Origin: Rubrivivax sp.
GTDB lineage: Bacteria > Pseudomonadota > Gammaproteobacteria > Burkholderiales > Burkholderiaceae_C
Length of the DNA stretch: 64,000 nucleotides
Assembly: GCA_027484825.1 (NCBI GenBank)
Contig: JAIXSE010000028.1
Location: 68,925 to 132,924 of the forward strand
Direction of reading: 5' to 3'
Shown here: positions 43,916-54,282 of the stretch, piece by piece
How positions within the stretch are numbered: position 1 is the first letter of the stretch
Layout of the letters: the number at the start of each line of letters is the position of its first letter
Notes under the pieces: model-generated
Database searches by the model: none
Told to the model about the DNA's origin: nothing
What the model saw: the letters and a program-made list of their open reading frames with translations, nothing else
Translations under genes and position numbers: made by a program

Positions 43916-44860
43916 TCAGACCGGTGGCAGGCCCAACCAGCCCATCACCGTGCGGGGGCCGATCAGCAGCACCGTCAGGCCGCCGCCCGCCAGGAAGGGA
44001 CCGAAGGGCACATACCGACCTTCGCGCAAGCCACCCGACAGCTTCAGATACAGCCCGACCAGAGCCCCGATGACCGAGGCCAGCAGGGCGATCGGCACGA
44101 TCATCTGCCAGCCCAGCCAGGCGCCAAGCCCGGCCAGCAGCTTGAAATCGCCGTAGCCCATGCCTTCCTTGCCGGTCAGCAGCTTGAACACCCAGTAGAT
44201 GGACCACAGCGAGAGGTAGCCCACCACCGCGCCGATCAGCGAGGACGTCAGCGTCACCGGCAGCATGCCGGCGCCGGCGGCCACCAGCCCTGCCCAGAGC
44301 AGCGGCTGTGTGATGCTGTCCGGCAGGTAGGTGGTGTCCCAGTCGATGCCGGCCAGGGCCACCAGGGCAGCCGCAAAACCGCAATACAGCAGGGCTGCCA
44401 GTTGCGGCCCGACTTGCCAGCCGATGCCCAGGAAGAGCAGCCCGGTCAGCAGTTCGACGAAGGGATAGCGGAAGGAGATCGGGGCTTTGCAGGACGCGCA
44501 TTTGCCGCCCAGGCGAAGCCAGCCGAGCAGCGGCAGGTTCTCATGCCAGCGCAGTTGATGGCCGCAATGCGGGCAGCGTGAGCGTGGGGTGACGAGGCCG
44601 AGCGGCGGCAGCGCGTCCAGCGCGCGCCGAACTGGCTGCACCCCATCGGCGACGGCCTGCGCCTGTGCCGCAGACAACTTCAGCAGGTCCTGCAGCTCTT
44701 CGGTGGCGGCCAATTGCTGCTCGCAGTCGTCCAGCCACCCTCGGCGCATCATCACCGGCAGCCGGTAGATGACGACGTTCAGGAAGCTGCCGACACACAG
44801 TCCCAGCAGCCCGAGGTACCAGGGAGAAAGCAGCAGGTCGAGTGTTTCCCGGTCCAGCAA
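43916..44860 (-). CDS. pilD: Prepilin peptidase/N-methyltransferase
   Basis: 'GSFLNVVIYRLP', CPHC/CASC zinc motif, 'GMGYGDFKL', 'PFGPFL'. Confidence 0.96.
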   Translation of the reverse strand: MLDRETLDLLLSPWYLGLLGLCVGSFLNVVIYRLPVMMRRGWLDDCEQQLAATEELQDLLKLSAAQAQAVADGVQPVRRALDALPPLGLVTPRSRCPHCGHQLRWHENLPLLGWLRLGGKCASCKAPISFRYPFVELLTGLLFLGIGWQVGPQLAALLYCGFAAALVALAGIDWDTTYLPDSITQPLLWAGLVAAGAGMLPVTLTSSLIGAVVGYLSLWSIYWVFKLLTGKEGMGYGDFKLLAGLGAWLGWQMIVPIALLASVIGALVGLYLKLSGGLREGRYVPFGPFLAGGGLTVLLIGPRTVMGWLGLPPV

Positions 44861-44861
44861 A

Positions 44862-46094
44862 TCAGACCACCGCGCCGAGCTTGAAGATGGGCAGGTACAT
44901 GGCCACCACGATGCCGCCGATCAGAGTGCCGAGGAAGACGATGATGATCGGCTCCATCAGGCTGGACAGCGACTTGACCGCATCGTCCACTTCTTCTTCG
45001 TAGAAGTCGGCCGCCTTGCCCAGCATGTGGTCCAGCGAGCCGGATTCTTCACCGATGGAGGACATCTGCAGCACCATGACCGGGAACAGGCCGGTGCTCT
45101 GCATGGAGTTGGTCAGCGAGGCGCCGGTGGACACATCCCGCTGGATGCGCTCCGTGCCTTCGACGAACACCGCATTGCCGGAAGCACCGCCCACCGAGTC
45201 CAGGGCTTCGACCAGTGGGACGCCGGCGGCGAACATGGTGGCCAGGGTGCGGGTCCAGCGGGCGATGACCGACTTGTAGATCAGGTCGCCGAACACTGGC
45301 ACCTTCAGCAGCAGGCGGTCCATGACCTTCTGCATGCGCACCGAGCGCTTCCAGCTCTGGAAGAAGAAGTAGAGACCGAGGCCAATGCTGGAGAAGATCA
45401 GCCACCAGTAGCTGACGAAGATCTCGGACAGCCAGATGACGAACAGCGTGGGCGCGGGCAGGTCGGCGCCGAAGCTCTTGAACACGTCGCGGAAGGTCGG
45501 CACCACGAAGATCATGATGATGGCCGTGACCACGAATGCGGCCACCAGCACCGCGATCGGGTAGGTCAGGGCCGACTTGATCTTCTGCTTCAGGGCCACC
45601 GTCTTTTCCTGGTAGATAGCCAGGCGGTCCAGCAGCGCTTCCAAAATACCGCCGGACTCACCGGCTTCCACCAGGTTGCAATACAGCGCGTCGAAGTGGA
45701 GCGGGTGCTTGCGGAAGGCCACCGAGAGGCTGGTGCCGGTCTCGACGTCCTGACGGATCTCGTTGAGCAGCTTGGTCAGGCGCGGATTGGTGCTGCCGCG
45801 GGCCACGATGTCGAAGGCCTGCAGCAGGGGCACGCCGGCCCGCATCATGGTCGCCAGTTGGCGGGTGAAGATCGAGATGTCCTTCTGCTTGATCGAGCGG
45901 CCGCCACCGGAGCGACGCTTCTTGACCTTGCTGACCAGGATGCCCTGGCGACGCAGCGAGGCGCTGACCACGGCTTCGCCACCGGCGCGCATTTCACCGC
46001 GCACCAGCTTGCCGTTGCGGTCCTTGCCTTCCCACTCAAAGATGTATTCCTTGATGCCTTGCTTTGCGCGGGAACCCGCAGTGGTCGTCGCCAT
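44862..46094 (-). CDS. pilC: Type IV pilus platform protein PilC
   Basis: 'FTRQLATMMRAGVPL', 'GEESGSLDHML', 'AMYLPIF'. Confidence 0.96.
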   Translation of the reverse strand: MATTTAGSRAKQGIKEYIFEWEGKDRNGKLVRGEMRAGGEAVVSASLRRQGILVSKVKKRRSGGGRSIKQKDISIFTRQLATMMRAGVPLLQAFDIVARGSTNPRLTKLLNEIRQDVETGTSLSVAFRKHPLHFDALYCNLVEAGESGGILEALLDRLAIYQEKTVALKQKIKSALTYPIAVLVAAFVVTAIIMIFVVPTFRDVFKSFGADLPAPTLFVIWLSEIFVSYWWLIFSSIGLGLYFFFQSWKRSVRMQKVMDRLLLKVPVFGDLIYKSVIARWTRTLATMFAAGVPLVEALDSVGGASGNAVFVEGTERIQRDVSTGASLTNSMQSTGLFPVMVLQMSSIGEESGSLDHMLGKAADFYEEEVDDAVKSLSSLMEPIIIVFLGTLIGGIVVAMYLPIFKLGAVV

Positions 46095-46193
46095 ATCACC
46101 TCCAGCCGTTGCGCCAAGCGAACGGCGCTCCCAATCAGTTGTTTAATTTCCGGTGCGGTTCATGCGCCAGCATGGAAACCGGGCCGCCCTCAA

Positions 46194-47918
46194 TTATTCG
46201 TTGGTGGCTGCCAACACCTCTTCCAGCGTGGTCACCCCTGACTTGACCTTGATCAACCCGGACTGCCGCAGGTCGCGCACGCCATCCTTCTGTGCTTGCT
46301 CTGCAATGTCCATGGCGGTGCCCTGGGTCAGGATGATCCGCTGAATTGCTTCACTAATGGGCATCACTTGGTAAAGGCCGACCCGGCCCCGATAACCATT
46401 GTTGCAATTGGAGCAGCCCACTGCGCGGTAGGGTTTCCACGAGCCGTCCAGGTCGTTTTCCGCGAAACCGGCGCGTAGCAGGGCGTCGCGCGGGTATTCG
46501 GCGGGCGCCTTGCAGGTTTCGCATAGCCGCCGCGTCAGACGCTGGGCGGTGATCAGGAGCACGCTGGAGGCGATGTTGAACGGGGCCACGCCCATGTTCA
46601 GCAGACGGGTCAGGGTGGTGGGCGCGTCGTTGGTGTGCAGGGTGGACATCACCATGTGGCCGGTCTGGGCAGCCTTGATGGCGATGTCGGCCGTTTCCAG
46701 GTCCCGGATTTCGCCGACCATGATGATGTCGGGATCCTGACGCAGGAAGGACTTGAGCGCGGCCGCGAAGGTCAGGCCCGCCTTGTCGTTCACGTTGACC
46801 TGGTTGATGCCCGGCAAGTTGATTTCCGCCGGGTCTTCCACGGTGGAGATGTTGGTGCCGGGCTGGTTCAGGATGTTCAGACAGGTGTAGAGCGACACCG
46901 TCTTGCCGGAACCGGTCGGGCCGGTGACCAGGATCATCCCGTAGGGGCGATGGATGGCCAGGAGCAGCCGCTCCTTTTCGATCTTCTCGTAGCCCAGCGC
47001 CTCAATGCCCAGCTTGGCGGAGGACGGATCCAGAATACGGATCACGATCTTCTCGCCGAACAGGGTGGGCAGGGTGGAGACCCGGAAGTCGATGGCCTTG
47101 GAGCCGAACTTGAGCTTCATCCGCCCGTCCTGCGGCACCCGGCGCTCGGCAATGTCCATGCGCGAGATGACCTTGATGCGGGAGGCGAGCTTTTCCTTGA
47201 TGGCGATAGGCGGCTGGGTGATCTCACGCAGCTCGCCGTCCACCCGGAAGCGGACGCGGTAGTGGTATTCGTAGGGTTCGAAATGCAGGTCGGACGCCCG
47301 CATGTTGATGGCGTCCACCAGCATCTTCTGCAGGAAGCGCACCACTGGGGCGTCTTCGACGTCGCCCATTTCCTGGGCTTCTTCCTGCGGGGCGTTTTCT
47401 TCTTCAGCGATGTCGAAGTCGAAGTCTTCGCCGGCGATGGCTTCGAGCTGCTCGGCCGTGCTGCCGGTGGCGGCCGACCCGAGCAGCTTCACCAGCTTGT
47501 CATGCTCGACGATGATCCACTCAGGCGTGAGCTGCGTGGCGAACTTGATGCGTTCGACCACTTCCTGGTCGGTCGGGTCCGCGCCGCCGATGAACAGCCG
47601 ATTGCCGCGCCGGGCCAGGACGACCACCTGATGCTGGGTCGCCAGCTTGGCATCGATGATGTTTTGCGGGAGCTTGTGCGGATCGACCGCATTCAAGTCC
47701 ATCAGCGGCATGGCCAGGGCATGGGCCAGCGTATGGGCCAGGTCGGGCGAGGTGACCGTGCCGGACGCCATGACGGCGTTGACGAAACTGGTCTTTTTCT
47801 CCCGCGCGAGGCGAACGAGGTCCTCAGCGGCTTTGGGCTGAAGTTTTCCGGCGTGCACAAGCACGCGCGCAACGCCCGACAGGGCGGACTGAGGTGGTTC
47901 GGCCAGTGTGGTGTCCAT
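46194..47918 (-). CDS. pilB: Type IV pilus extension ATPase PilB
   Basis: GPTGSGKT, 'LRQDPDIIMVGEIRD', 'STLHTND', CETC/CSNC zinc site. Confidence 0.97.
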   Translation of the reverse strand: MDTTLAEPPQSALSGVARVLVHAGKLQPKAAEDLVRLAREKKTSFVNAVMASGTVTSPDLAHTLAHALAMPLMDLNAVDPHKLPQNIIDAKLATQHQVVVLARRGNRLFIGGADPTDQEVVERIKFATQLTPEWIIVEHDKLVKLLGSAATGSTAEQLEAIAGEDFDFDIAEEENAPQEEAQEMGDVEDAPVVRFLQKMLVDAINMRASDLHFEPYEYHYRVRFRVDGELREITQPPIAIKEKLASRIKVISRMDIAERRVPQDGRMKLKFGSKAIDFRVSTLPTLFGEKIVIRILDPSSAKLGIEALGYEKIEKERLLLAIHRPYGMILVTGPTGSGKTVSLYTCLNILNQPGTNISTVEDPAEINLPGINQVNVNDKAGLTFAAALKSFLRQDPDIIMVGEIRDLETADIAIKAAQTGHMVMSTLHTNDAPTTLTRLLNMGVAPFNIASSVLLITAQRLTRRLCETCKAPAEYPRDALLRAGFAENDLDGSWKPYRAVGCSNCNNGYRGRVGLYQVMPISEAIQRIILTQGTAMDIAEQAQKDGVRDLRQSGLIKVKSGVTTLEEVLAATNE

Positions 47919-48138
47919 CGCCTCTCACTTTACCGTCTTGTACCCTGGCGTGAACGGCCTGGGCACAGGGTGTTTCACGGAAGTGGGGAGCTTCGTGCAA
48001 TTTGGTCCTTTCCAGTTGCAATCGGCCCCCCCGGCCCCCCACGATCAGTGAACAAATACCTCCTTGCGGGCTCCGGGGTCAAGGTAACGATCTGTGAGGA
48101 CCGTGGCTTGCCCGCATCGCCGCCGGGCAGGCCAGCGC

Positions 48139-49632
48139 TCAAACCGTCCAGCCCCCACCCCCCAGGACCTTGAACAGCGTGACCCGGTTGGTCTGGTCCA
48201 GCAGCCGAAGGGTCACCAGGGTCTGCCGGGCCGAGTACAAGGACCGCTGGGCATCCAGCACGGCCAGGAAGCTGTCGGCGCCGGAGCGAAAGCGTGCCTC
48301 GGACAGCTCGCTCGCCTGCTGATAGGCGTCCACCAGCGCTTCCTGCGACGCCAACCGCTCGGCCAGCGTGCTGCGCACGGCCAGCGCGTCGGCGACTTCG
48401 CTGAACGCCGTCTGCACCGTCTTTTCATAGGTGGCCCACTGGATCTGGTCGGCGGCCTCCGCCGACGCCAGGCTGGCCCGACTGCTGCCGCCATCAAAGA
48501 TCGGCAGCGACACCGACGGGATGAAGCTCCAGGCCCCGCCCTTGAAGAGATCCGACAGCGCCGTGCTGGCCGTTCCGGCCGTGGCCGTGAGGCTGATCGT
48601 CGGGAAGAGGGCCGCGCGTGCGGCGCCGATGTTGGCGTGGGAGGCGATCAGCAGATGCTCGGCCGCCAGGACGTCCGGCCGACGCTGCAACACCTCGGAC
48701 GGCAGTCCCGGGGGCGGCATGGTCAATTTCGCGGCCGCCTCCGTGGTCATGGCGGCGGGCAGCAGGGCCTCGGGCACGGTGCTCCCCACCAGCAGGGTCA
48801 GGGCATTGCGGTCCTGCTTCACCTGCGCGGCGTACGTGGCCACACTGTTGCGGGCGCTCTCGACCGTGGTGCGGGCCTGGGCCACCGTCAGGGCGGACGC
48901 TCCCCCCAGGGCCTGGCTCTGCCGGGTGCGTTCGTAAGTCTGCTGTTGGGATTGCAAGGTCTGCTGGGCCAGTGCCCACTGGGCCTGGTCCGCGGACAGG
49001 GTCAGCCAGGCGCTGGCCACCTCCGCGATCAGGCTCAAGCGTGTGCTGCGCTGGGCTTCCTCGGTGTTGAGATACGCCTGCAGCGCCGCCTCCTTGAGGT
49101 TGCGCACCCGCCCGAAGAGATCGAGCTCGAAGGCCGTCAACCCAACCTCCGCGCTGTATTGGCGCGAAGTGACGGACTGGCCGCCATTGGCCTGGGCGGG
49201 GGTGTGCTGGGCAGTGGCCGAGGCCCCGGCCGTCAAGGTCGGCATCTGGGCGGCGGCCTGGATCCGGTAGGTGGCCCGGGCCTGCTCGATGTTCAGGGCG
49301 GCAATCCGGAGGTCGCGGTTGTGCGTCAGCGAGAGGCGGATCACCGCTTGCAGGGACGGGTCGGTGAAGACCGTGGTCCAGGCATCGGCATCGGCATTGG
49401 CATCGTCGGGCGCCTGGCGGCCCACAGCGGCGGACGCGCTGACCGAGGCGGCGGGCGCTGCTGCGGCCCTATCGTCCGGCCACGCGGCCGGAACCGGGGC
49501 CGCGGGGCGCACATAGGCCGGGGCCAATTGGGCGCAGGCGGTCAGGGCGAGCGCGGTGGCCGCCGCAGTGGCCAGCGCACAACGCCGGGCCCAGGCCGCC
49601 AGGGGCGGGGAACGGAAGGACAGAGCGGTCAT
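48139..49632 (-). CDS. NodT/OprM-type outer-membrane efflux lipoprotein
   Basis: Lipobox ALTAC, 'FELDLFGRVR', 'RRPDVLAAE', 'KVLGGGGW'. Confidence 0.93.
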   Translation of the reverse strand: MTALSFRSPPLAAWARRCALATAAATALALTACAQLAPAYVRPAAPVPAAWPDDRAAAAPAASVSASAAVGRQAPDDANADADAWTTVFTDPSLQAVIRLSLTHNRDLRIAALNIEQARATYRIQAAAQMPTLTAGASATAQHTPAQANGGQSVTSRQYSAEVGLTAFELDLFGRVRNLKEAALQAYLNTEEAQRSTRLSLIAEVASAWLTLSADQAQWALAQQTLQSQQQTYERTRQSQALGGASALTVAQARTTVESARNSVATYAAQVKQDRNALTLLVGSTVPEALLPAAMTTEAAAKLTMPPPGLPSEVLQRRPDVLAAEHLLIASHANIGAARAALFPTISLTATAGTASTALSDLFKGGAWSFIPSVSLPIFDGGSSRASLASAEAADQIQWATYEKTVQTAFSEVADALAVRSTLAERLASQEALVDAYQQASELSEARFRSGADSFLAVLDAQRSLYSARQTLVTLRLLDQTNRVTLFKVLGGGGWTV

Positions 49633-52600
49633 GGTTGGATCTCCGGCTGGCGGGGGGCGTCCGGCTGGGACGCTGGAGGAATGTGCGGCGGTGACGGCGG
49701 TGACGGCGGGGCCGGTGTCTGCGGTGCCGGTGTCGCGTCGGCCTGACCCAGCAGGCGACGGACCGTCACATAGAACACCGGCACCATCAGCACGCCCAGG
49801 ACGGTGGCACTGAGCATGCCCCCCAGCACGCCGGTGCCGATGGCCCGGCGGCTGCCCGCCCCCGCGCCGGAAGCAAGCGCCAGCGGCAGCACGCCCAGCA
49901 TGAAGGCCAGGGAAGTCATCAGGATGGGGCGCAGGCGCAGGCGAACGGCCTGCAGGGCGGCTTGCATCGCAGAAGCCCCTTGGGCCTGCAACTGCATCGC
50001 GAATTCCACGATGAGGATGGCGTTCTTCGCGGCCAATCCGACCGTGGTGAGCAGGCCCACCTGGAAGTACACATCGTTCTCCAGGCCCAGCAGCCCGGTC
50101 AGGCCGACCGCGCCGATCACACCGAGCGGCACCACCAGCATCACGGCCACCGGCACCGACCAGCTTTCATACAGCGCCGCCAGGCACAGGAAGACGAACA
50201 GCACGGACACCGCATAAAGCATCGGCGCCTGGGCGCCGGAGAGGCGCTCCTGGTAGGACTGGCCCGCCCATTCGATGCCCACGCCGGCGGGCAGTTGCTT
50301 GACCAGGGCTTCCACCGCCGCCATCGCGGTGCCGGAGCTGACACCGGCCGCGGCTTCGCCGACGATCTCGTACGAGGAAAAGCCGTTGTATCGCTCCAGC
50401 TTTGGCGCGCCAAAGGTCCACTGCAGGGAGGTGAAGGCGGAGAACGGCACCATCTGGCCGTCGCCATTGCGAACGAACCAGCGCTGGATGCTGTCCGGCG
50501 CCATGCGATAGGGCGCATCCGCCTGCACATAGACCTTCTTCACCCGCCCCTGGTCGAGGAAGTCATTCACATAGCTGCCGCCCAGCGCGGTGCTCAATGT
50601 TGTATTGATGTCTGCGGTGGCCACCCCCAGGGCGCCCGCCTTGGCGTCATCGATGCTGATGGCCAGTTGCGGCGCATCCGCCACTCCGCTGATCCGCACC
50701 TGCGACAGGGCCGGGTCCTTGGCGGCGAGCTGAAGGAACCGGTCGCGAGCCGCCACCAGGCCGTCATGACCCAGTCCGCCGCGGTCCTGCAGCTCGAAGG
50801 TGAAGCCGGCGCTGGAGCCCAGGCCGCGCACCGGCGGCGGTTGCATCAGGAATACCTGTGCATCCCGCAGACTGGCCATTTCGCGGTTGCCGCGGCGGGC
50901 GATTTCTGCAGCGCTCTGGCCAGCGCCCTTGCGCTCGTCCCAGGGCTTGAGCTTGATGAACAGGCGTCCGCTGGCCTGGTCCCCGCCGATGCCGGTGATG
51001 ACGGTGTAGCCGTCGATGTCCGGTTGCTGGGCCATCCATTGCTCGGCGGCTTTCAGCGAGGCCATCAGCCGCTCGTCGGTGGAGCCGGACGGCAGGCGCA
51101 CCTCACCCATCAGCACGCCCTGGTCCTCCGCAGGCAGGAAGGACGTGGGCAGGCGCAGGTACAGCACCACCATGGCCGCACTCAGGGCCAGGTAGACCAG
51201 CATCACGCGGCCGCTGCGGCGCAGCAATCGGCCCACCAGCGACTGGGTCGCGTCGCTGCTGCGATCAAAGCCGCGATTGAAACCGCCGGTGAAGCCACGG
51301 ATGAAGCGGGCCGTGCCGCCAGCCCCACCGTCGCTCGCTCCACCGGGCTGACCATGCCCCGGGCGCAGCAGCGTCGCACACAGCGCCGGTGTCAGGCTCA
51401 TGGCCACCGCCACGGACAGCAGCATGGCCGACACCACCGCAATCGAGAACTGCCGGTAGATCACGCCGGTCGACCCGCCGAAGAAGGCCATCGGCACAAA
51501 CACGGCGGACAGCACCAGGGCAATGCCGATCAAGGCGCCGGTGATCTCGCCCATGGACTGCCGGGTGGCTTCCTTGGCGGAGAGGCCCTGCTCATGCATC
51601 ACCCGCTCCACGTTCTCCACCACCACGATGGCATCGTCCACCAGCAAGCCGATGGCCAGCACCATGCCGAACATCGTCAGGCTGTTGATCGAATAGCCGA
51701 ACAGCGCCAGCACGCCGAAGCTGCCCAGCAGCACGACCGGCACCGCCAGGGCGGGGATGAGCGTGGCGCGCCAGCTCTGCAGGAACAGCAGCATCACGGC
51801 CACCACCAGGGCCATGGCTTCGACCAGGGTGATGACCACTTCTTCGATGGACACCTTCACGAAGGGCGTGGTGTCGTAGGCCTGCACCACCTGCAGGTGG
51901 TAGGGGAAGCTGGGCTGCAGTTCCGCCAGCTTGGCCTTGACCAGTTGCGCCACGCCGATCGCATTGGCGCCGGTGGCCAGCTTGATGCCCATGGCCGCCG
52001 CCGGCTTACCCTCATAGCGCGAGGCGATGGTGTAGCTCTCACCGCCCAGTTCCACCCGGGCGACGTCGGACAGCTTCACGCGGCTGCCGTCGGTCGCCGT
52101 CTTCAGCAGGATGTTCTGGAACTGCTCCACCGTCTGCAGCTTGCTGCGTGCGGTGATGGTGACATTGAGCTGCTGGCCGGTGACGGCCGGCAGGCCAGCC
52201 ACCTGACCGGCCGACACCTGGGCATTCTGGGCGGTGATGGCCGTGGTCACATCCGACGGCATCAGCGCATGGCTGGCCAGCTTGGCCGGGTCCATCCAGA
52301 TGCGCATGGCGTGGCCGGTGCCCAGCGTCTGCACGTCGCCAACGCCGTCCAGCCGGCTGATCACATCCACCAGCTTGGCGCTGATGTAGTCGCCGATGTC
52401 GATGGCGCTGGCGGATCCGTCCGCCGAATACAGCGCCACCACCATCAGGAAATCGGTGCCGGTCTTGGTGACCGTCACCCCCTGGGTCTGAACCGCCTGC
52501 GGCAGTTGCGATTCCGCCTGCTGCAGCTTGTTCTGCACCTGCATCTGGGCCACGTCGGCATTGGTGCCGGCATTGAAATTGAGCGTGATGCTGGCGGAGC

Positions 52601-52856
52601 CAGACGAGGCGCTGGTGGACTGCATGGACTGAAGACCGTCCAGCCCCTTCATCTGCTGCTCGATGACCTGGGTGACGGAGTCTTCAATCGTCTTGGCGGA
52701 GGCGCCCGGATAGGTGGCGTTGATCGTCACCTTCGGCGGTTCAATGTCCGGATATTGCTCCAGGGGCAGGGTGGTGATCGCCAGCGCACCGGCCAGCATC
52801 ACCACAATGGCCAGGACCCAGGCAAAGACCGGTCGGTCGATGAAAAAGCGTGCCAT
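49629..52856 (-). CDS. HAE1 RND efflux transporter (AcrB/SmeB-like)
   Basis: 'MARFFIDRPVFAWV'; proton-relay residues 'DDAIVVVENV', 'KNAILIVEF', 'ILMTSLAF'. Confidence 0.96.
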   Translation of the reverse strand: MARFFIDRPVFAWVLAIVVMLAGALAITTLPLEQYPDIEPPKVTINATYPGASAKTIEDSVTQVIEQQMKGLDGLQSMQSTSASSGSASITLNFNAGTNADVAQMQVQNKLQQAESQLPQAVQTQGVTVTKTGTDFLMVVALYSADGSASAIDIGDYISAKLVDVISRLDGVGDVQTLGTGHAMRIWMDPAKLASHALMPSDVTTAITAQNAQVSAGQVAGLPAVTGQQLNVTITARSKLQTVEQFQNILLKTATDGSRVKLSDVARVELGGESYTIASRYEGKPAAAMGIKLATGANAIGVAQLVKAKLAELQPSFPYHLQVVQAYDTTPFVKVSIEEVVITLVEAMALVVAVMLLFLQSWRATLIPALAVPVVLLGSFGVLALFGYSINSLTMFGMVLAIGLLVDDAIVVVENVERVMHEQGLSAKEATRQSMGEITGALIGIALVLSAVFVPMAFFGGSTGVIYRQFSIAVVSAMLLSVAVAMSLTPALCATLLRPGHGQPGGASDGGAGGTARFIRGFTGGFNRGFDRSSDATQSLVGRLLRRSGRVMLVYLALSAAMVVLYLRLPTSFLPAEDQGVLMGEVRLPSGSTDERLMASLKAAEQWMAQQPDIDGYTVITGIGGDQASGRLFIKLKPWDERKGAGQSAAEIARRGNREMASLRDAQVFLMQPPPVRGLGSSAGFTFELQDRGGLGHDGLVAARDRFLQLAAKDPALSQVRISGVADAPQLAISIDDAKAGALGVATADINTTLSTALGGSYVNDFLDQGRVKKVYVQADAPYRMAPDSIQRWFVRNGDGQMVPFSAFTSLQWTFGAPKLERYNGFSSYEIVGEAAAGVSSGTAMAAVEALVKQLPAGVGIEWAGQSYQERLSGAQAPMLYAVSVLFVFLCLAALYESWSVPVAVMLVVPLGVIGAVGLTGLLGLENDVYFQVGLLTTVGLAAKNAILIVEFAMQLQAQGASAMQAALQAVRLRLRPILMTSLAFMLGVLPLALASGAGAGSRRAIGTGVLGGMLSATVLGVLMVPVFYVTVRRLLGQADATPAPQTPAPPSPPSPPHIPPASQPDAPRQPEIQP

Positions 52857-52866
52857 GCCGGTCTCC

Positions 52867-54147
52867 TTACTGCGGGGCCGAAGCGGCTGGAGCCACGGGC
52901 TGGCCCTGAGCGTCGGTGATCGACACCTGGACCGCATGGGCCTGGACCTGGTCGCCGTCGTGCACCTTCTGCCCGCCTTCCACGATGACCCGCTCCCCCG
53001 CCTGCAGACCGCTGCGGACCAGCCAGCGATTGCCCACCACCCGATCGAGCTGAACCGCTCGCTGGTGCACCTTCTGGCTGGCATCGACGGTCAGTACCGT
53101 GGTGCCATTGCGGGTGTCCCGGGTCACTGCCTGCTGCGGGATCAACAGGGCCTGCTCGAGACGCACCGTCTGCAGCAGCGCCCGCACATACATGCCGGGC
53201 AGCAGCAAGCCGTCCGGGTTGGGCACCACAGCCCGCAGGGTCACCGCGCCGGTGCCGGTGTTCACCGAGACACCGCGCACGCTGAGCTTGGCGGGAGAGG
53301 CGTAGGTGCTGCCGTCCTCCAGCAGCAGTTGCACCGTGGCACTGCTGTCGTCCGCCCGCTTGAAGCGGCCCGCCTCGAGCTCACGACGCAGCGCCAGCCA
53401 CTCGCTGCTGGACTGGCTGATGTCCACCTGGATCGGGTCGATCTGGCGGACGGTGGGCAAGGCAGTGGTTTGTTCGGCGGTGACCAGGGCACCAGTGGTG
53501 ACGGTGGACACATCTGCCAGGCCGCTGATGGGGGAGGTGACCGTGGTGCGCTGCAGATTGATGCGGGCTGTGTCCAGGGTGGCCTTGGCGGCGGCGAGGT
53601 CCGCTTCGGCCTGAGCCAGGGTGGACTGCGCATCCTGCTGGTCCTGCTCGCTCACCGCCTGGATCTTCAGCAGATCCGATTGCCGCCGGGCGGTGGTGCG
53701 TGCCGAGGCGGCGGTTGCTTCGGCCTTGGCGACGGCGGCCTTGGCGCTGTCATAGCTGGCTTGATAAGTGGCAGCGTCGATCTGGTAGAGCGCCTGCCCG
53801 GCCTTGACCACGCCGCCTTCGGTGAAGCGCCGGGCCTGGATGATGCCGCTGACCTGCGGCCGGATCTCCGCCACCGTGGGCGCGGTGGTGCGCCCGGGCA
53901 GCTCCGTGCTGAGCGACAGCACCTCGGTCTGCACGGTGTAGACGCCGACCGACACCGCCGGCCTCGCGCCAGCGGCACCAGCGGTACCAGCGGCACCAGC
54001 CGTACCAGCCGCCGGACCGGTGCTGGCCGTCGCAGTCGTGCCATCACAGCCGGACAGCGTGAACGACGTCACGGCCAGCGCGGACACGGCCAGGATCAGG
54101 GGGGAGAGCGCCGGGCGTCGGCGCGAACGGAGAAAGAGCACAGGCAT
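52867..54147 (-). CDS. RND membrane-fusion lipoprotein (AcrA/SmeA-like)
   Basis: Lipobox LSGC, 'AEIRPQVSGII', 'LLLPGMYVRA'. Confidence 0.94.
   Translation of the reverse strand: MPVLFLRSRRRPALSPLILAVSALAVTSFTLSGCDGTTATASTGPAAGTAGAAGTAGAAGARPAVSVGVYTVQTEVLSLSTELPGRTTAPTVAEIRPQVSGIIQARRFTEGGVVKAGQALYQIDAATYQASYDSAKAAVAKAEATAASARTTARRQSDLLKIQAVSEQDQQDAQSTLAQAEADLAAAKATLDTARINLQRTTVTSPISGLADVSTVTTGALVTAEQTTALPTVRQIDPIQVDISQSSSEWLALRRELEAGRFKRADDSSATVQLLLEDGSTYASPAKLSVRGVSVNTGTGAVTLRAVVPNPDGLLLPGMYVRALLQTVRLEQALLIPQQAVTRDTRNGTTVLTVDASQKVHQRAVQLDRVVGNRWLVRSGLQAGERVIVEGGQKVHDGDQVQAHAVQVSITDAQGQPVAPAASAPQ
53969..54013. repeat. 5 x 9-bp tandem repeat (AAG/TAG linker) in the membrane-fusion gene
   Basis: ccagcggca ccagcggta ccagcggca ccagccgta ccagccgcc. 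Confidence 0.85.
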
Positions 54148-54282
54148 GACGATCCATTCCAGAAAGCTGTTGACCGTCATGCTGCGCAGCAAATGTGCAG
54201 GAACTTTGGAGACCGTGGACCGGCCTTGTTTCTGGTCGGTGAAGCTCGCGGCCCTGCACGGTCCAGGGTAGGCTCCGCCTCC

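Noticed and set aside
43293-44501. 402-aa extended coaE and similar 5'-extended ORFs (pilW, pilY1, RND, MFP, BaeS, hexR)
   Set aside because: The extensions overlap neighbouring genes; domain boundaries point to the downstream starts used here.
54190-54220. Possible BaeR-type tandem box upstream of the efflux operon
   Set aside because: The TCCAC/TCCAA/TGCAC repeats are irregularly spaced and too degenerate to support a call.
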